DNA from: Pseudomonadota bacterium
GTDB lineage: Bacteria; Campylobacterota; Campylobacteria; Campylobacterales; Sulfurimonadaceae
Direction: 5' to 3'
Assembly: GCA_043797085.1 (NCBI GenBank)
Contig: JAZDQA010000004.1
Location: forward strand, 64,001 to 128,000
DNA: 64,000 nucleotides
Below are positions 1 to 10,181 of the stretch, piece after piece. The notes under the pieces were generated by a model, which made no database searches, was not told the origin of the DNA, and saw only the letters and a program-made list of their open reading frames with translations. Position numbers and translations under genes: made by a program. The first letter of the stretch is position 1; the number at the start of each line of letters is the position of its first letter.

Positions 1-63
1 CTGCTCGGGAGTACTCTCTTTAGCAGTACAACCGGTAAAAAGTGCGTATTTTAATTCTTTCAT
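1..63 (-). CDS. N-terminus (partial, runs off window) of CCG-domain HdrB-like third subunit of succinate dehydrogenase/fumarate reductase (SdhE type)
   Basis: Manual translation from ATG at 63 gives MKELKYALFTGCTAKESTPEQ, a typical HdrB/CCG-family start; GGAG RBS upstream; directly follows sdhB. Confidence 0.75.
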   Translation of the reverse strand, partial: MKELKYALFTGCTAKESTPEQ

Positions 64-76
64 TGCGTATAACTCC

Positions 77-1054
77 CTAAAACTTTACTGTTGATGACGA
101 CTTGATAAGCTTTTGGATCTCGTCTAACTTATCTGATTTTGGCATATTCCATGGCAGAATAATCTTACCTTTAGTAAACATTTTGAGTGCAACTGGAACG
201 TGTTTAAGAACACCGATATTCCCTTCAGAATAACGTACAAGCTCTCCTTCATCCAAAAGACCATGTTTGGCGATAGAGTGCGCAAAACCAACAGCGTGAC
301 GTGTTGCAACATTGTTCTTAGCGATATTGGCTTCAAAAATCATGTTGTGAAGTTTCGTTATTTTTTCAATTGGATTGACATCTTTTGGACAAGCTTCCGC
401 ACATTCCATACATTTGACACAATCCCAAACACCGCTTGCTTCTTCATTTACAATATGAAGACGCTCAAGCGCTGATTCGTCACGTACATCCGCAGAGAAA
501 CGATACGCTGCAGCAAAAGCAGCAGGTCCTATAAATTGCTCATTAATGGCAAGAGCAGGGCAAGAGTAATGGCATGCTCCACATTGGATACAATAATCCG
601 CTTCCAATAGCTTTTCGGCATCATGCGGGCTAACAAGGTGTTCTGACTGAGGAGTTTCTTCAATTTCACCGGTCAAAAATGGTTTTACTTCAGCGTGTTT
701 TTCCCAAAAGTCTTTTTTATCAATAATCAAATCTTTGATGGCACGTTTGGTACTGAGCGGCTCAATAACAAGCTCTGCACCAAAGATATTGATAAGATCA
801 AAAAGACGTGATTTACATGCTAAAATAGCTTTTCCGTTGACTTTAATCGAACAAACACCGCAGATACCGTGGCGACAGCTTCGGCGATACGACAAGCTTC
901 CGTCATGATCCCATTTGATACGATTTAAAATGTCTAAAACAACCTCTTCGTGAGTAACGTCCAGAGTATAGGTATTATAATAAGGGAGGTAATCGGTCTC
1001 TTCGTTGAAACGAAAGACTTTAAACGTTACCTTTTGTGATGTTAATGCATCCAT
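77..1054 (-). CDS. sdhB: Succinate dehydrogenase/fumarate reductase iron-sulfur subunit with C-terminal extension
   Basis: SCRHGICGVC [2Fe-2S] motif, CIQCGACHYSC and CVKCMECAEACP clusters; start moved to MDALTSQ (AAGGA RBS). Confidence 0.9.
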   Translation of the reverse strand: MDALTSQKVTFKVFRFNEETDYLPYYNTYTLDVTHEEVVLDILNRIKWDHDGSLSYRRSCRHGICGVCSIKVNGKAILACKSRLFDLINIFGAELVIEPLSTKRAIKDLIIDKKDFWEKHAEVKPFLTGEIEETPQSEHLVSPHDAEKLLEADYCIQCGACHYSCPALAINEQFIGPAAFAAAYRFSADVRDESALERLHIVNEEASGVWDCVKCMECAEACPKDVNPIEKITKLHNMIFEANIAKNNVATRHAVGFAHSIAKHGLLDEGELVRYSEGNIGVLKHVPVALKMFTKGKIILPWNMPKSDKLDEIQKLIKSSSTVKF

Positions 1055-1064
1055 AGTCATATCC

Positions 1065-2777
1065 TTAGTAAGATCTAGCTTTGAGTTCATGACGACCGAG
1101 GGTAACGTCCATGTAATCAAGAGTAAGTGCGCCGTTTTCATCCATGTATGCCATGGTGTGTTTTAAGAATTTTTCGTCATCACGAGTTGGGAAATCTTCA
1201 CGGAAGTGTGCTCCGCGACTTTCTTGACGTGCAAGACCGCTAGCAACAATAAAGAGTGAATAATCTAACATGTGTCCAAATTCGATTGCTTCTTGAAGTT
1301 CGGTATTGAAAATTTTTGATTTATCTTTGATACTAATATTTTTATAGCGTTTACGTAATTCTTCGAGTATTTCCATTTGAGCGGTTAATGTCTCAGCGGT
1401 ACGGAAAACACCTGCATTATCGGTCATTGAGCTTTGAAGCTCATCGCGCAATACAGCGACGGATTCTTGACCATGATTGGTAAGCACCCAGTTGAGCTCA
1501 CTATTCATACGTGCTGCATCGTCTGAAGTTGCTTCATGCAGTTTGATACCATCGACTTCATCTACCATTGTTTTACCGACAAAACGACCAAACAGCAATG
1601 CTTCAAGTACTGAGTTTGCACCCAAACGATTGGCTCCATGAACACTTGAACATGAACATTCACCCGCAGCATAAAAACCTTCTACAAATTCGGTATTATT
1701 TTTACGAACGTGCCCGAGTTTATCCATCGGTATTCCACCCATGGAGTAGTGAGCGGTAGCAGAAATCAAAATAGGTTCTTTGATCATATCAAGACCCAAG
1801 AAAGTAATCGCAAGGTCACGAAGCTCAGGAAGACGTTCCATAATTTTTTCTTTACCCAAATGGACAAGATCGATGAAAACAGCATCTTTACGTGGTCCTA
1901 CTCCGCGTCCTTCACGGATCTCTTGGATAATAGCGCGGGCAACAACGTCACGAGATGCAAGTTCCATAGCGTTTGGTGCATATTTTTCCATAAAGCGTTC
2001 GCCCAGTGAATTGAGAAGTTTCCCACCCTCACCACGAGCAGCTTCAGAAATCAATACGCCGTTTCCGGATAATCCCGATGGGTGAAACTGAACGAACTCC
2101 ATGTCTTCAAGAGGAAGACCATGACGAGCGACCAATGATAAGCCATCACCGGTATTGGCATGAGCATTAGAATTGATTTTGAAAGCACGTGCGTATCCGC
2201 CGGTTGCAAACATGACAGCTTTGGCATTAAAAATCGCTTTTTCACTGTTTCGGATATTGTAAGCACTTACTCCATATACCTTCCCATCGGTATAAAGGAG
2301 ATCAGCAACGTACCACTCATCCCAAAACTCTACACCCTCACGGAATGCTTGTTCATAAATAGTTTGAAGAAGAGTGAGACCTGTGCGGTCTTTGGCAAAA
2401 CAAGCACGCGGTGAAGATTGTCCGCCAAAAGGACGTTGAGCAATCGTACCGTCTTCATTACGGCTAAATGCCGCACCCATTCTCTCAACCCAGCGGATGG
2501 TTTCTGGAGCTCTTTGACACATAAATTCAACAACATCTTGGTCGGCCAGATAATCTGACCCCTTTACCGTATCAAATTCATGCAGTTCAACACTGTCTGC
2601 ATCACTAAAAGCAGCATTGATACCGCCTTGTGCAGCACCTGAATGTGAACGCAACGGGTGAAGCTTGGTGATAACAGCTACTTTTTTGCCAGCTTTTTGC
2701 AATTCACGGGCTGCAGCACATCCGGCTAATCCAGCGCCGACGATAATTGCATCATACGTATGAACGGGAATACTCAT
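1065..2777 (-). CDS. sdhA: Succinate dehydrogenase/fumarate reductase flavoprotein subunit
   Basis: GAGLAG FAD motif, RSHSGAAQGG covalent-FAD His, QFHPSG, EAARGEG, HYSMGG, HGANRLGANS, RQESRGAH; no Tat signal. Confidence 0.95.
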   Translation of the reverse strand: MSIPVHTYDAIIVGAGLAGCAAARELQKAGKKVAVITKLHPLRSHSGAAQGGINAAFSDADSVELHEFDTVKGSDYLADQDVVEFMCQRAPETIRWVERMGAAFSRNEDGTIAQRPFGGQSSPRACFAKDRTGLTLLQTIYEQAFREGVEFWDEWYVADLLYTDGKVYGVSAYNIRNSEKAIFNAKAVMFATGGYARAFKINSNAHANTGDGLSLVARHGLPLEDMEFVQFHPSGLSGNGVLISEAARGEGGKLLNSLGERFMEKYAPNAMELASRDVVARAIIQEIREGRGVGPRKDAVFIDLVHLGKEKIMERLPELRDLAITFLGLDMIKEPILISATAHYSMGGIPMDKLGHVRKNNTEFVEGFYAAGECSCSSVHGANRLGANSVLEALLFGRFVGKTMVDEVDGIKLHEATSDDAARMNSELNWVLTNHGQESVAVLRDELQSSMTDNAGVFRTAETLTAQMEILEELRKRYKNISIKDKSKIFNTELQEAIEFGHMLDYSLFIVASGLARQESRGAHFREDFPTRDDEKFLKHTMAYMDENGALTLDYMDVTLGRHELKARSY

Positions 2778-2934
2778 ACACCATCCTTATATAGAATATT
2801 TTCGAATACCAAATTGGCATAAGTTGCCATGATTATAGCGTTCTAACTCTTGCGTACAATTAAAAGGCAAAAGAGTAACACATAGAAAAATTATGAGAGA
2901 TTAAGTGTCCATAAATGTAACATATAAGAGAAAG

Positions 2935-4125
2935 TTAACGGAACTTATCTGCTTTATCTCGGAGTTGTGCAATGCGATTTCCACCGGACTCTTTTGCTTT
3001 TTCGACCAATTTTGCAACATCCGGTAATGATTCTTCAAGAGTTTTAGCTGGGATTTTTAGACTTATACCACCGCTTAGCGTGATTTTTTCTATCCCTTGT
3101 TGCGTTGTAAAAATAGAATCTTTAACTGACTGAACGATATTTTCTGCTTCTGAAAGTGCTATATCCTTGGAATTACGCGCCATGATAAAAGCAAAACGGT
3201 TATCATCAAGATGAGCAATAACGTCTAATGGCTGCTCGTACATCGTAAAAATATCGGCTAATTTTTTATAAAGCGTTCCTAAATCTTCCTTCGATAATTT
3301 TGCCTCTAATTCTTTATATTGATCAATTTCAAATAAAACAATAAAGAGTGATCCCATCGTTTTTGTATTGCGTTTAAGATTAAAAATGGTATTCATCCCT
3401 TTTTGATTGTTAAGTCCGCTTTGCGGATCCAAAAGTGTTGGATTAGTATTGACAACAGGCATCTTCCGAGCAAGACGTTTTATAATAAAATCAACTTCTT
3501 CGGTAACGGTTTCATGTTGTATTCCTTCATCCACAGAAGATGCTTTTTTAATATCACGATAAATTTGATTTAAGCGCCATCTATAGAAGAAAAAAGTCAT
3601 CAGTCCAAGTACTGAAATAATTAATACTGTGATTTTGGCTATCCATACTGATTCATTAATAAGACTTATTTGATAATCAATCATATTGTCTATGTCCATA
3701 GAATAAAGATTTCGTTGAAAAATCATACGATCATACATGGCGCTTCTGGAAACGGGCATGGATTCCAGCCAAAACAATGCTGATTCTTGAAACTTAGAAG
3801 AGGTAGAAACCAAGGCTTGGTGCAATGATTTTTCTTTTTCGTCGGATGTTAAAAGAAAATTTAAAAATATTTCTTTGTTCGCCAGTTTGGTAAATAATGC
3901 CAGTTCCGCAATATTACCATTGATGGTGATGGTAGCCATATCAAAATCATGAAGATTAGTGGATGTGATTTTTTTAATCAGTATATGTTGATTTTTCAGA
4001 GCATCTAGACGCTCTGAAAATTTGGAAATAGTAACAAGAATTATCGCCAGTAAGATTATCCCGCTTCCTAAAACAAAAAGGGACAACTTAAGATTAAAAA
4101 AGATTTGTCGAATAGAGAGTTTCAT
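2935..4125 (-). CDS. Membrane-anchored degenerate GGDEF-domain protein
   Basis: Two TM segments; C-terminal GGDEF fold (DPQSGLNN, FEIDQYK, ITLSGG, AKESGGNR) but active-site motif reads HLDDNRF. Confidence 0.75.
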   Translation of the reverse strand: MKLSIRQIFFNLKLSLFVLGSGIILLAIILVTISKFSERLDALKNQHILIKKITSTNLHDFDMATITINGNIAELALFTKLANKEIFLNFLLTSDEKEKSLHQALVSTSSKFQESALFWLESMPVSRSAMYDRMIFQRNLYSMDIDNMIDYQISLINESVWIAKITVLIISVLGLMTFFFYRWRLNQIYRDIKKASSVDEGIQHETVTEEVDFIIKRLARKMPVVNTNPTLLDPQSGLNNQKGMNTIFNLKRNTKTMGSLFIVLFEIDQYKELEAKLSKEDLGTLYKKLADIFTMYEQPLDVIAHLDDNRFAFIMARNSKDIALSEAENIVQSVKDSIFTTQQGIEKITLSGGISLKIPAKTLEESLPDVAKLVEKAKESGGNRIAQLRDKADKFR

Positions 4126-4145
4126 CTAAAAGCCTTATATAATAA

Positions 4146-4196
4146 TTTATCACATTAAACAAGAATTTTATCACATTAAGTAGGTATTTTATCATA
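4146..4196 (-). promoter_or_regulatory. Three direct repeats at 21-bp period, each resembling an extended -10 element
   Basis: tttatcacattaa at 4146 and 4167, tttatcata at 4188; reverse complement reads TGATAAA(A/T)T. Confidence 0.5.
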
Positions 4197-4296
4197 TATT
4201 TATATTTTACCGTCTAAAAAGATCCTTTAACCCACGCATAACATCAAATAGTTTATAATTCTTTTTTACATTCAAACGCATACATTTAGGTTACTC

Positions 4297-5121
4297 GTGA
4301 ACATTGAAAACCACTTTATTACTCTGATGAGTCAAAAAAAATCGCGCATAGGTGACGATGGTGCCGTAGTAGGAGAATGGATTTTCAGTAAAGATATTTT
4401 TTTTGAAAATGTCCACTTTAAGCGCCAATGGCTCACGTACTATCAAATTGGCTACAAAGCAATGATCATTAATATCTCCGACGCCATTGCTATGAATGCG
4501 CAGCCAATGTACGCTTTGGTAGGTGCCGCAATGCCTAAGCATGTTAGTTTGTATGATATGAGTGAGCTTGCTCGCGGTATGAGAGAATGTGCTTTTGAAT
4601 ATGGAGTGGAGATAATCGGTGGTGATACGATTAGTAACACCAAATTGGATTTGTCAATTACAATTATTTCAAAAAGTACAAATCCTCTTAAGCGAGTGGG
4701 TTTAAAGGTAGGGGATCTCCTCGCACATACGGGGAATCTCGGTTCGTCACTGCGTCATTTGCGTTATTTAATGGCGGGTGGGGTTGTTAATACCAAGAGC
4801 CGATTTGTTCGTCCTCGTTTACGTGGTCAATTTATCCAAAAAGGGCGTCCTTATTTGCGTTGCGGAATGGATATTTCCGACGGTCTCTTTAGCGACTCAC
4901 AAAAACTGTGTTCCGTTAATCGTCTTGGAATACGATGGAGTAAGCGTCCGGATAAAAACATAGGATGCAGTGGAGAAGAGTATGAGATGCTGTTTGCCTT
5001 TCATCCACGACACACACAGAAATTGAAAAGAATTTCAAAACTAACACGAACACCGATACACATCATAGGAACCGCAAAGCGGGGAAAAATGATTAATCGC
5101 TGTAAATCACATCATTTTTAG
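4297..5121 (+). CDS. thiL: Thiamine-monophosphate kinase
   Basis: IGDDGA, HF, NISDAIAM, IIGGDT, MDISDGL and GEEYEMLF motifs. Confidence 0.92.
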   Translation: MNIENHFITLMSQKKSRIGDDGAVVGEWIFSKDIFFENVHFKRQWLTYYQIGYKAMIINISDAIAMNAQPMYALVGAAMPKHVSLYDMSELARGMRECAFEYGVEIIGGDTISNTKLDLSITIISKSTNPLKRVGLKVGDLLAHTGNLGSSLRHLRYLMAGGVVNTKSRFVRPRLRGQFIQKGRPYLRCGMDISDGLFSDSQKLCSVNRLGIRWSKRPDKNIGCSGEEYEMLFAFHPRHTQKLKRISKLTRTPIHIIGTAKRGKMINRCKSHHF

Positions 5122-5131
5122 GAAGTATTTC

Positions 5132-6229
5132 ATGGAACGCCAATATTATCTCCCACACAGTGTCATCGAATTTCATTTTCGCCAATCCGCTCGTGATTTC
5201 GTTGTTGACGAAATACCGTTGTATCCTTTTAGCGGGGAGGGTGAGCATTTAGTCTTGCACGTACGCAAAAAAAACCTCTCTACATGGCAGATGGTGGATA
5301 TTTTCAGTAATCATTTAGGGATTAAAAGCCGTGACATCGGGTATGCCGGACTAAAAGACAAAAACGCCCAAACCAAACAATACATTTCAATCCCAAAAAA
5401 ATATGAGCCAATGTTGGAAAACTTCGAGCATGAGGGGATTAAGATTCTCGAAAAGCAGTATCACAACAATAAAATTCGTATTGGACATCTCAAAGGAAAT
5501 CGATTTTTTGTCCGTCTTAAAAAAGTCAATCCTACCTCCGCTATGAAAATCCAAGAAGCCCTTAAATCAATTAAGAAAAACGGAATGCCAAACTATTTTG
5601 GATTTCAGCGTTTCGGATTGGATGGTGAAAACTATAAAAAAGGGCAAGCGATTTTAGACGGTACTCTTAAAGAGAAAAATAGAAAGTTAAATCAATTTTA
5701 TATTAACTCATATCAAAGCTATCTCTTTAATGCGTGGCTTGCTCGTCGTATTGAGATATCAAAACTGGTTGAGAGTTTTAAAGTGGAAGAATTATCCACT
5801 GTTTTGACTCTTCCAAAAGAAGAAATAGTATCAATGAAAGCCCAAAAACATCCATTCAAACTCATACATGGCGATGTATTGATGCATTATCCTTACGGTA
5901 AATTGTTCCATTATGAGAGCGAAGATGAGATTGAGCGCTTTAATAAACATGATATTTCGGTAAGTGGATTGCTTAGCGGTAAGCGGGCAACACGAGCAGT
6001 TGGCTTGGCACAAGAAATCGAACAGGAGTTTGACACCATCACAACAGGCATTGACGGTGCACGTCGCTATGGATGGGTCTATCCAGAGGAAGTTGAGGGA
6101 CAATACAAAGAAAATGAGGCATGGTTTGAGCTTCATTTTACCCTGCCAAAGGGATGTTATGCCACGGTATTGATTGAAGAGATTGCTAAGCGAGAAATTA
6201 ACAGCGATGAAAGTCAGGAAGAAGAATGA
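5132..6229 (+). CDS. truD: tRNA pseudouridine(13) synthase
   Basis: DFVVDE, GEGEH, YAGLKDKNA, GNRF, PNYFGFQRFG and FTLPKGCYAT motifs. Confidence 0.95.
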   Translation: MERQYYLPHSVIEFHFRQSARDFVVDEIPLYPFSGEGEHLVLHVRKKNLSTWQMVDIFSNHLGIKSRDIGYAGLKDKNAQTKQYISIPKKYEPMLENFEHEGIKILEKQYHNNKIRIGHLKGNRFFVRLKKVNPTSAMKIQEALKSIKKNGMPNYFGFQRFGLDGENYKKGQAILDGTLKEKNRKLNQFYINSYQSYLFNAWLARRIEISKLVESFKVEELSTVLTLPKEEIVSMKAQKHPFKLIHGDVLMHYPYGKLFHYESEDEIERFNKHDISVSGLLSGKRATRAVGLAQEIEQEFDTITTGIDGARRYGWVYPEEVEGQYKENEAWFELHFTLPKGCYATVLIEEIAKREINSDESQEEE

Positions 6230-7050
6230 AGCAACATGTAACCTCGTCCCTATCCAAAGCTTTTGGAAAATTTGCATCTAAAAAGCATTCTCTAGCTGTT
6301 CAAAATTTAATTAATCGTACCTATGTATCTATGATGGGTTTAGATATGAGTGATTTTAAAGCTTCAGAATCATACGAGACACTTAATGCACTTTTTACAC
6401 GTCATTTAAATGAACCACGCCAATTTGATCAAGATCCAAAAATAATGATCAGTCCGTGTGATTCGTTTGTTACCGAAGCAGGGTCAATAGAGAAAACACG
6501 AGCGTTGCAAATCAAAGGGATGAGTTATGATATAAATGCATTTTTAGGTGAGCATATTTCTGAAGCTGATAAGTCCCGTCTTATTGATGGTGAATACATT
6601 AATTTTTATCTCTCCCCACGTGATTATCATCGTTATCATGTTCCTTTGGATATGGAAGTTACAAAAGCAATCCATATTCCTGGAAAACTTTATCCGGTTA
6701 ATATTCCGACACTTAAGCGTAAAGTTGATCTTTTTATTGAGAATGAAAGGGTTGTTTTAGAGTGTAAAAGTATTGATGGAAAGCTATTTTATTTGGTGTT
6801 GGTTGGAGCGTTGAATGTTGGAAAAATGGTAGTGTCTTTTGAACCTCGTATCAATACCAACAGTGATTCACTCGGTGGTGTTTATCAATATGACAATCTT
6901 CATCTCTCAAAAGGGGATGACTTTGGATGTTTTATGATGGGTTCAACGATTATATTGTTAGCCGAAAAAGGGATGATTACCCCCAATGTAAGGGTAGGAG
7001 AGAGCGTAAGATTTTCGCAAGAAATAGCTCGAATCAACGAGAAAAGATAG
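6226..7050 (+). CDS. psd: Phosphatidylserine decarboxylase proenzyme
   Basis: YLSPRDYHRYH, ENER, VGALNVG and FMMGST self-cleavage motif; ATGA overlap with truD. Confidence 0.93.
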   Translation: MKQHVTSSLSKAFGKFASKKHSLAVQNLINRTYVSMMGLDMSDFKASESYETLNALFTRHLNEPRQFDQDPKIMISPCDSFVTEAGSIEKTRALQIKGMSYDINAFLGEHISEADKSRLIDGEYINFYLSPRDYHRYHVPLDMEVTKAIHIPGKLYPVNIPTLKRKVDLFIENERVVLECKSIDGKLFYLVLVGALNVGKMVVSFEPRINTNSDSLGGVYQYDNLHLSKGDDFGCFMMGSTIILLAEKGMITPNVRVGESVRFSQEIARINEKR

Positions 7051-7639
7051 TAAACTTTGTTTTGAGATGACCGTGATCCTCATAAATATCGATAGTACTA
7101 TCGATTGGAGGATGAAACTTAATAAGAGCCCCTTGCACAGAATGAAAAACATGGGCGAATTTTAAAAACATCGGAGAGATAATCGTATCGATATGCCCTC
7201 TTTTAATAATATCTGCCAAAATCTCAATACCGCTGTAGTAGATGCTCTTATTAATAGAACGTTGAATATTGTACGAACGCATCAACTCGATATTTTTCAA
7301 CAGTGTTTGGCACTCTTCAGTACATATTAATTTATTATGGTTTGCACGGTCAATTTCTTCGACAATCTTTTTTTCTGTGTTACTTATAGAATCTTCAATT
7401 TCTTGGGTTAAATTTGGATTGTATTTACGTATAAGTGCAAAAATACTATCAGCATCCAAGGGTCTGCTTCCTGTATCACACACATAGTTTTTGTCGTTAA
7501 CATATTCATGATCCAAAGCTCCTATAAGCTCTGCAACAATACTGATATAGACAAACTTATCTTCTTTGTTGTGATCGAAATCAATACCTGTTTGCGAGAT
7601 AAGTGGCTTAGGACCTGCATATTTAAACGAATATTCCAT
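7034..7639 (-). CDS. Hypothetical protein
   Basis: 201-aa ORF directly after ychF; no recognisable motif; 3' end overlaps psd convergently. Confidence 0.7.
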   Translation of the reverse strand: MEYSFKYAGPKPLISQTGIDFDHNKEDKFVYISIVAELIGALDHEYVNDKNYVCDTGSRPLDADSIFALIRKYNPNLTQEIEDSISNTEKKIVEEIDRANHNKLICTEECQTLLKNIELMRSYNIQRSINKSIYYSGIEILADIIKRGHIDTIISPMFLKFAHVFHSVQGALIKFHPPIDSTIDIYEDHGHLKTKFTIFSR

Positions 7640-7653
7640 GTTATTTCCCTAAA

Positions 7654-8754
7654 TTAAACGTTAAATCTAAAATGCATTATATCACCATCAGCAACGATAT
7701 ATTCTTTTCCTTCTAAACGCATTTTTCCTGCTTCTTTGGATTTATTCTCTCCGCCGCATGCCACATAGTCTTCATACGCGATGACTTCAGCGCGAATAAA
7801 TCCTTTTTCAAAATCATTATGGATAACAGCTGCGGCTTTTGGTGCGGTAGAATTTTTATGAATGGTCCATGAACGCACTTCTTTGACCCCAGCGGTAAAG
7901 TAGCTCATATAACCTAGTTTATCAAAACCTTTACGGATTATTTGCTCTAATCCTGATTCTTCTACACCCATTTCTCGTAAAAATTCGTCACGTTCATCAT
8001 CTTCAAGACCAATAAGCTCTTCTTCGATTTTTGCACACAATTTGATAACTTCACATCCTGTTTTGGTAGCATGCGCTTTAAGTGCAAGGACAAAAGCATT
8101 ATCTTCAGCAAGTCCGTCTTCATCAACGTTTGCACCGTACATGATCTCTTTTGCACTTAAAAGACGCACTTCGCGGTTAAGCTGCTCAAACATCTCGGTA
8201 TCGGCTTTTGGAAAATTACGAGCAAGATTTCCATCACCTAGAAACTCCAGAAGCTCTTCGGCAAAAACAAGTAATGCAGCGGCATCTTTTTCATTTTTAG
8301 CTTGTTTTTTGAGACGTTCGATACGGTTGCTAAGAACTTCAAGATCGGCGAAAATAAGCTCATTTTCGATAATCTCAACATCTTGAAGAGGATCAATACG
8401 CCCTTCAGTATGGACAATGTTTTCATCCTCAAAACAACGGACGATTTGTAAAATAACTTCGGTTTCACGGATATTGGAGAGAAATTTATTTCCTAATCCC
8501 TCACCTTTGCTCGCACCCTTTACAAGACCTGCGATGTCAACAAAATCAAGAGTCGAATATTGAACACGCTCAGGTTTGACGATTTTCACCAATGCATCGA
8601 TACGGCTATCAGGAACCGGCACGGTTGCTTTGTTTGGTTCGATAGTACAAAATGGATAGTTAGCAGCTTCTGCGTTTTGTGCTTTGGTGAGCGCGTTAAA
8701 AGTAGTTGATTTTCCGACGTTTGGTAGTCCTACGAGTCCGATTGATAATCCCAT
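7654..8754 (-). CDS. ychF: Redox-regulated ATPase YchF
   Basis: GLPNVGKST, NYPFCTIEPN, DIAGLV and C-terminal TGS domain ending HFRFNV; start at MGLSIG overlapping the pepA stop (TAATG). Confidence 0.97.
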   Translation of the reverse strand: MGLSIGLVGLPNVGKSTTFNALTKAQNAEAANYPFCTIEPNKATVPVPDSRIDALVKIVKPERVQYSTLDFVDIAGLVKGASKGEGLGNKFLSNIRETEVILQIVRCFEDENIVHTEGRIDPLQDVEIIENELIFADLEVLSNRIERLKKQAKNEKDAAALLVFAEELLEFLGDGNLARNFPKADTEMFEQLNREVRLLSAKEIMYGANVDEDGLAEDNAFVLALKAHATKTGCEVIKLCAKIEEELIGLEDDERDEFLREMGVEESGLEQIIRKGFDKLGYMSYFTAGVKEVRSWTIHKNSTAPKAAAVIHNDFEKGFIRAEVIAYEDYVACGGENKSKEAGKMRLEGKEYIVADGDIMHFRFNV

Positions 8755-10181
8755 TATTCTAATCCTTGTTGTAATTTTAGTAGCCATTCAAGTGTCATAC
8801 GTACGCCTGCACCTGTACCACCGTAAGTATGAACATCCCATGCGCTTTCGGTATAGGCGGAGCCTGCGATATCGAAATGTACCCATTTGTCTTTCATGTT
8901 ATCATCGATGAAGTTATCGAGGAACAATGCCGCCGTGATCGCTCCGCCGTAAGGTTTAGACGAGACGTTGCAGACATCGGCAAGGTCGCTTTTGATCAGT
9001 TTTTTGAGGTGGCGGTTAAAGGGTAATATACCGCAGTATTCGCCGCTCGCTTCTGCTGCATTCATCCACTCTTGTTTGAGTGCTTCGTTATGTCCCATAA
9101 CTCCGGTGGTGTACGGTCCAAGAGCAACCATACACGCACCTGTCAGTGTCGCATAGTCGAAGATATAATCAGCTTTGACATTGGCTTGGGCATATCCCAG
9201 TACATCGGCGAGAACTAAACGACCTTCGGCATCAGTGTTGCGTACTTCGATGGTTTTACCATTTTTGGCACGGAGGACATCATCAGGTTTGTAAGCATTG
9301 CCGCCGATCATGTTCTCAACGGCTCCGATCAATGCGTGTACTTCGATATCGAGCTTGAGCTCGCTCACCGCTTTGATAATCCCCATGACGGCACATCCGC
9401 CTGCTTTGTCCATTTTCATCGTTACCATCGAGGCAGCGGCTTTGAGACTGAGCCCGCCGCTGTCGTAGGTGAGCCCTTTGCCCACGAGGGTGATGATCTT
9501 TTTGGGGTTTGCAGGTTTGTAAGCGAGGTGAATCAGACGGGGAGGGTTAATCGATGCACGACCAACTGCGAGCATCGCGTTCATCCCCTCACTCTCTAAA
9601 CCATTTACATCGAGAATTGTACATTCAAGGTTATTGGTTGAAGCGAGTGTATCGGCAGTAACTGCCATCGCCTGAGGAGTCATGTCGTATGGAGTTAGAT
9701 TGACCAAATCACGGACGAAATTGGTTGCTTTGGCAATGGTGACGCTTTGGTTGAACATTGACTCTAACACACCAAAATCAGCACCGGAATCATTAGCAAA
9801 CATAATCTCTTCCAGCGTAATTTTTTTAGGCTCTGATTTGTAGGATTCAAATTTATATCCCCCTAACAGTGCCCCTTCGACCAAAGCATTTAAGCTCTCT
9901 TTTGTAATAGCAACTTTGAGTGAGCTATAGGCATAGTTTATAGCTGATTTAAGTGCCGAAGCCATACTCAGACGGTAGGTTTCGCTGCTCTCTTCGGTTA
10001 TAGCACAGATGAGGAGACGATGTTCATGCAGAGTACATATCTGTTCTGCTTCGGCTTTAAATCCTGCCTGTGTCAAAAGAGCTTTGAGAGGGTGTGCTTC
10101 AAATTGTGCTGGTGTGACAAATTCTAATGTCAAATCTGCATTGAGTGAGGATAATGATTGATTATAAAGGGCGACGTTCAC
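8754..10181 (-). CDS. pepA: Leucyl aminopeptidase (M17)
   Basis: VGKGLTYDSGG, MKMDKAG, NTDAEGRL and HFDIAG motifs. Confidence 0.96.
   Translation of the reverse strand: MNVALYNQSLSSLNADLTLEFVTPAQFEAHPLKALLTQAGFKAEAEQICTLHEHRLLICAITEESSETYRLSMASALKSAINYAYSSLKVAITKESLNALVEGALLGGYKFESYKSEPKKITLEEIMFANDSGADFGVLESMFNQSVTIAKATNFVRDLVNLTPYDMTPQAMAVTADTLASTNNLECTILDVNGLESEGMNAMLAVGRASINPPRLIHLAYKPANPKKIITLVGKGLTYDSGGLSLKAAASMVTMKMDKAGGCAVMGIIKAVSELKLDIEVHALIGAVENMIGGNAYKPDDVLRAKNGKTIEVRNTDAEGRLVLADVLGYAQANVKADYIFDYATLTGACMVALGPYTTGVMGHNEALKQEWMNAAEASGEYCGILPFNRHLKKLIKSDLADVCNVSSKPYGGAITAALFLDNFIDDNMKDKWVHFDIAGSAYTESAWDVHTYGGTGAGVRMTLEWLLKLQQGLE

Noticed and set aside
2816..2830. TGGCA-N5-TGCCA upstream of sdhA as a sigma54 promoter
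   Set aside because: GG-to-GC spacing is 8 nt, not 10; a TATAAT (2837-2832, minus) explains the promoter
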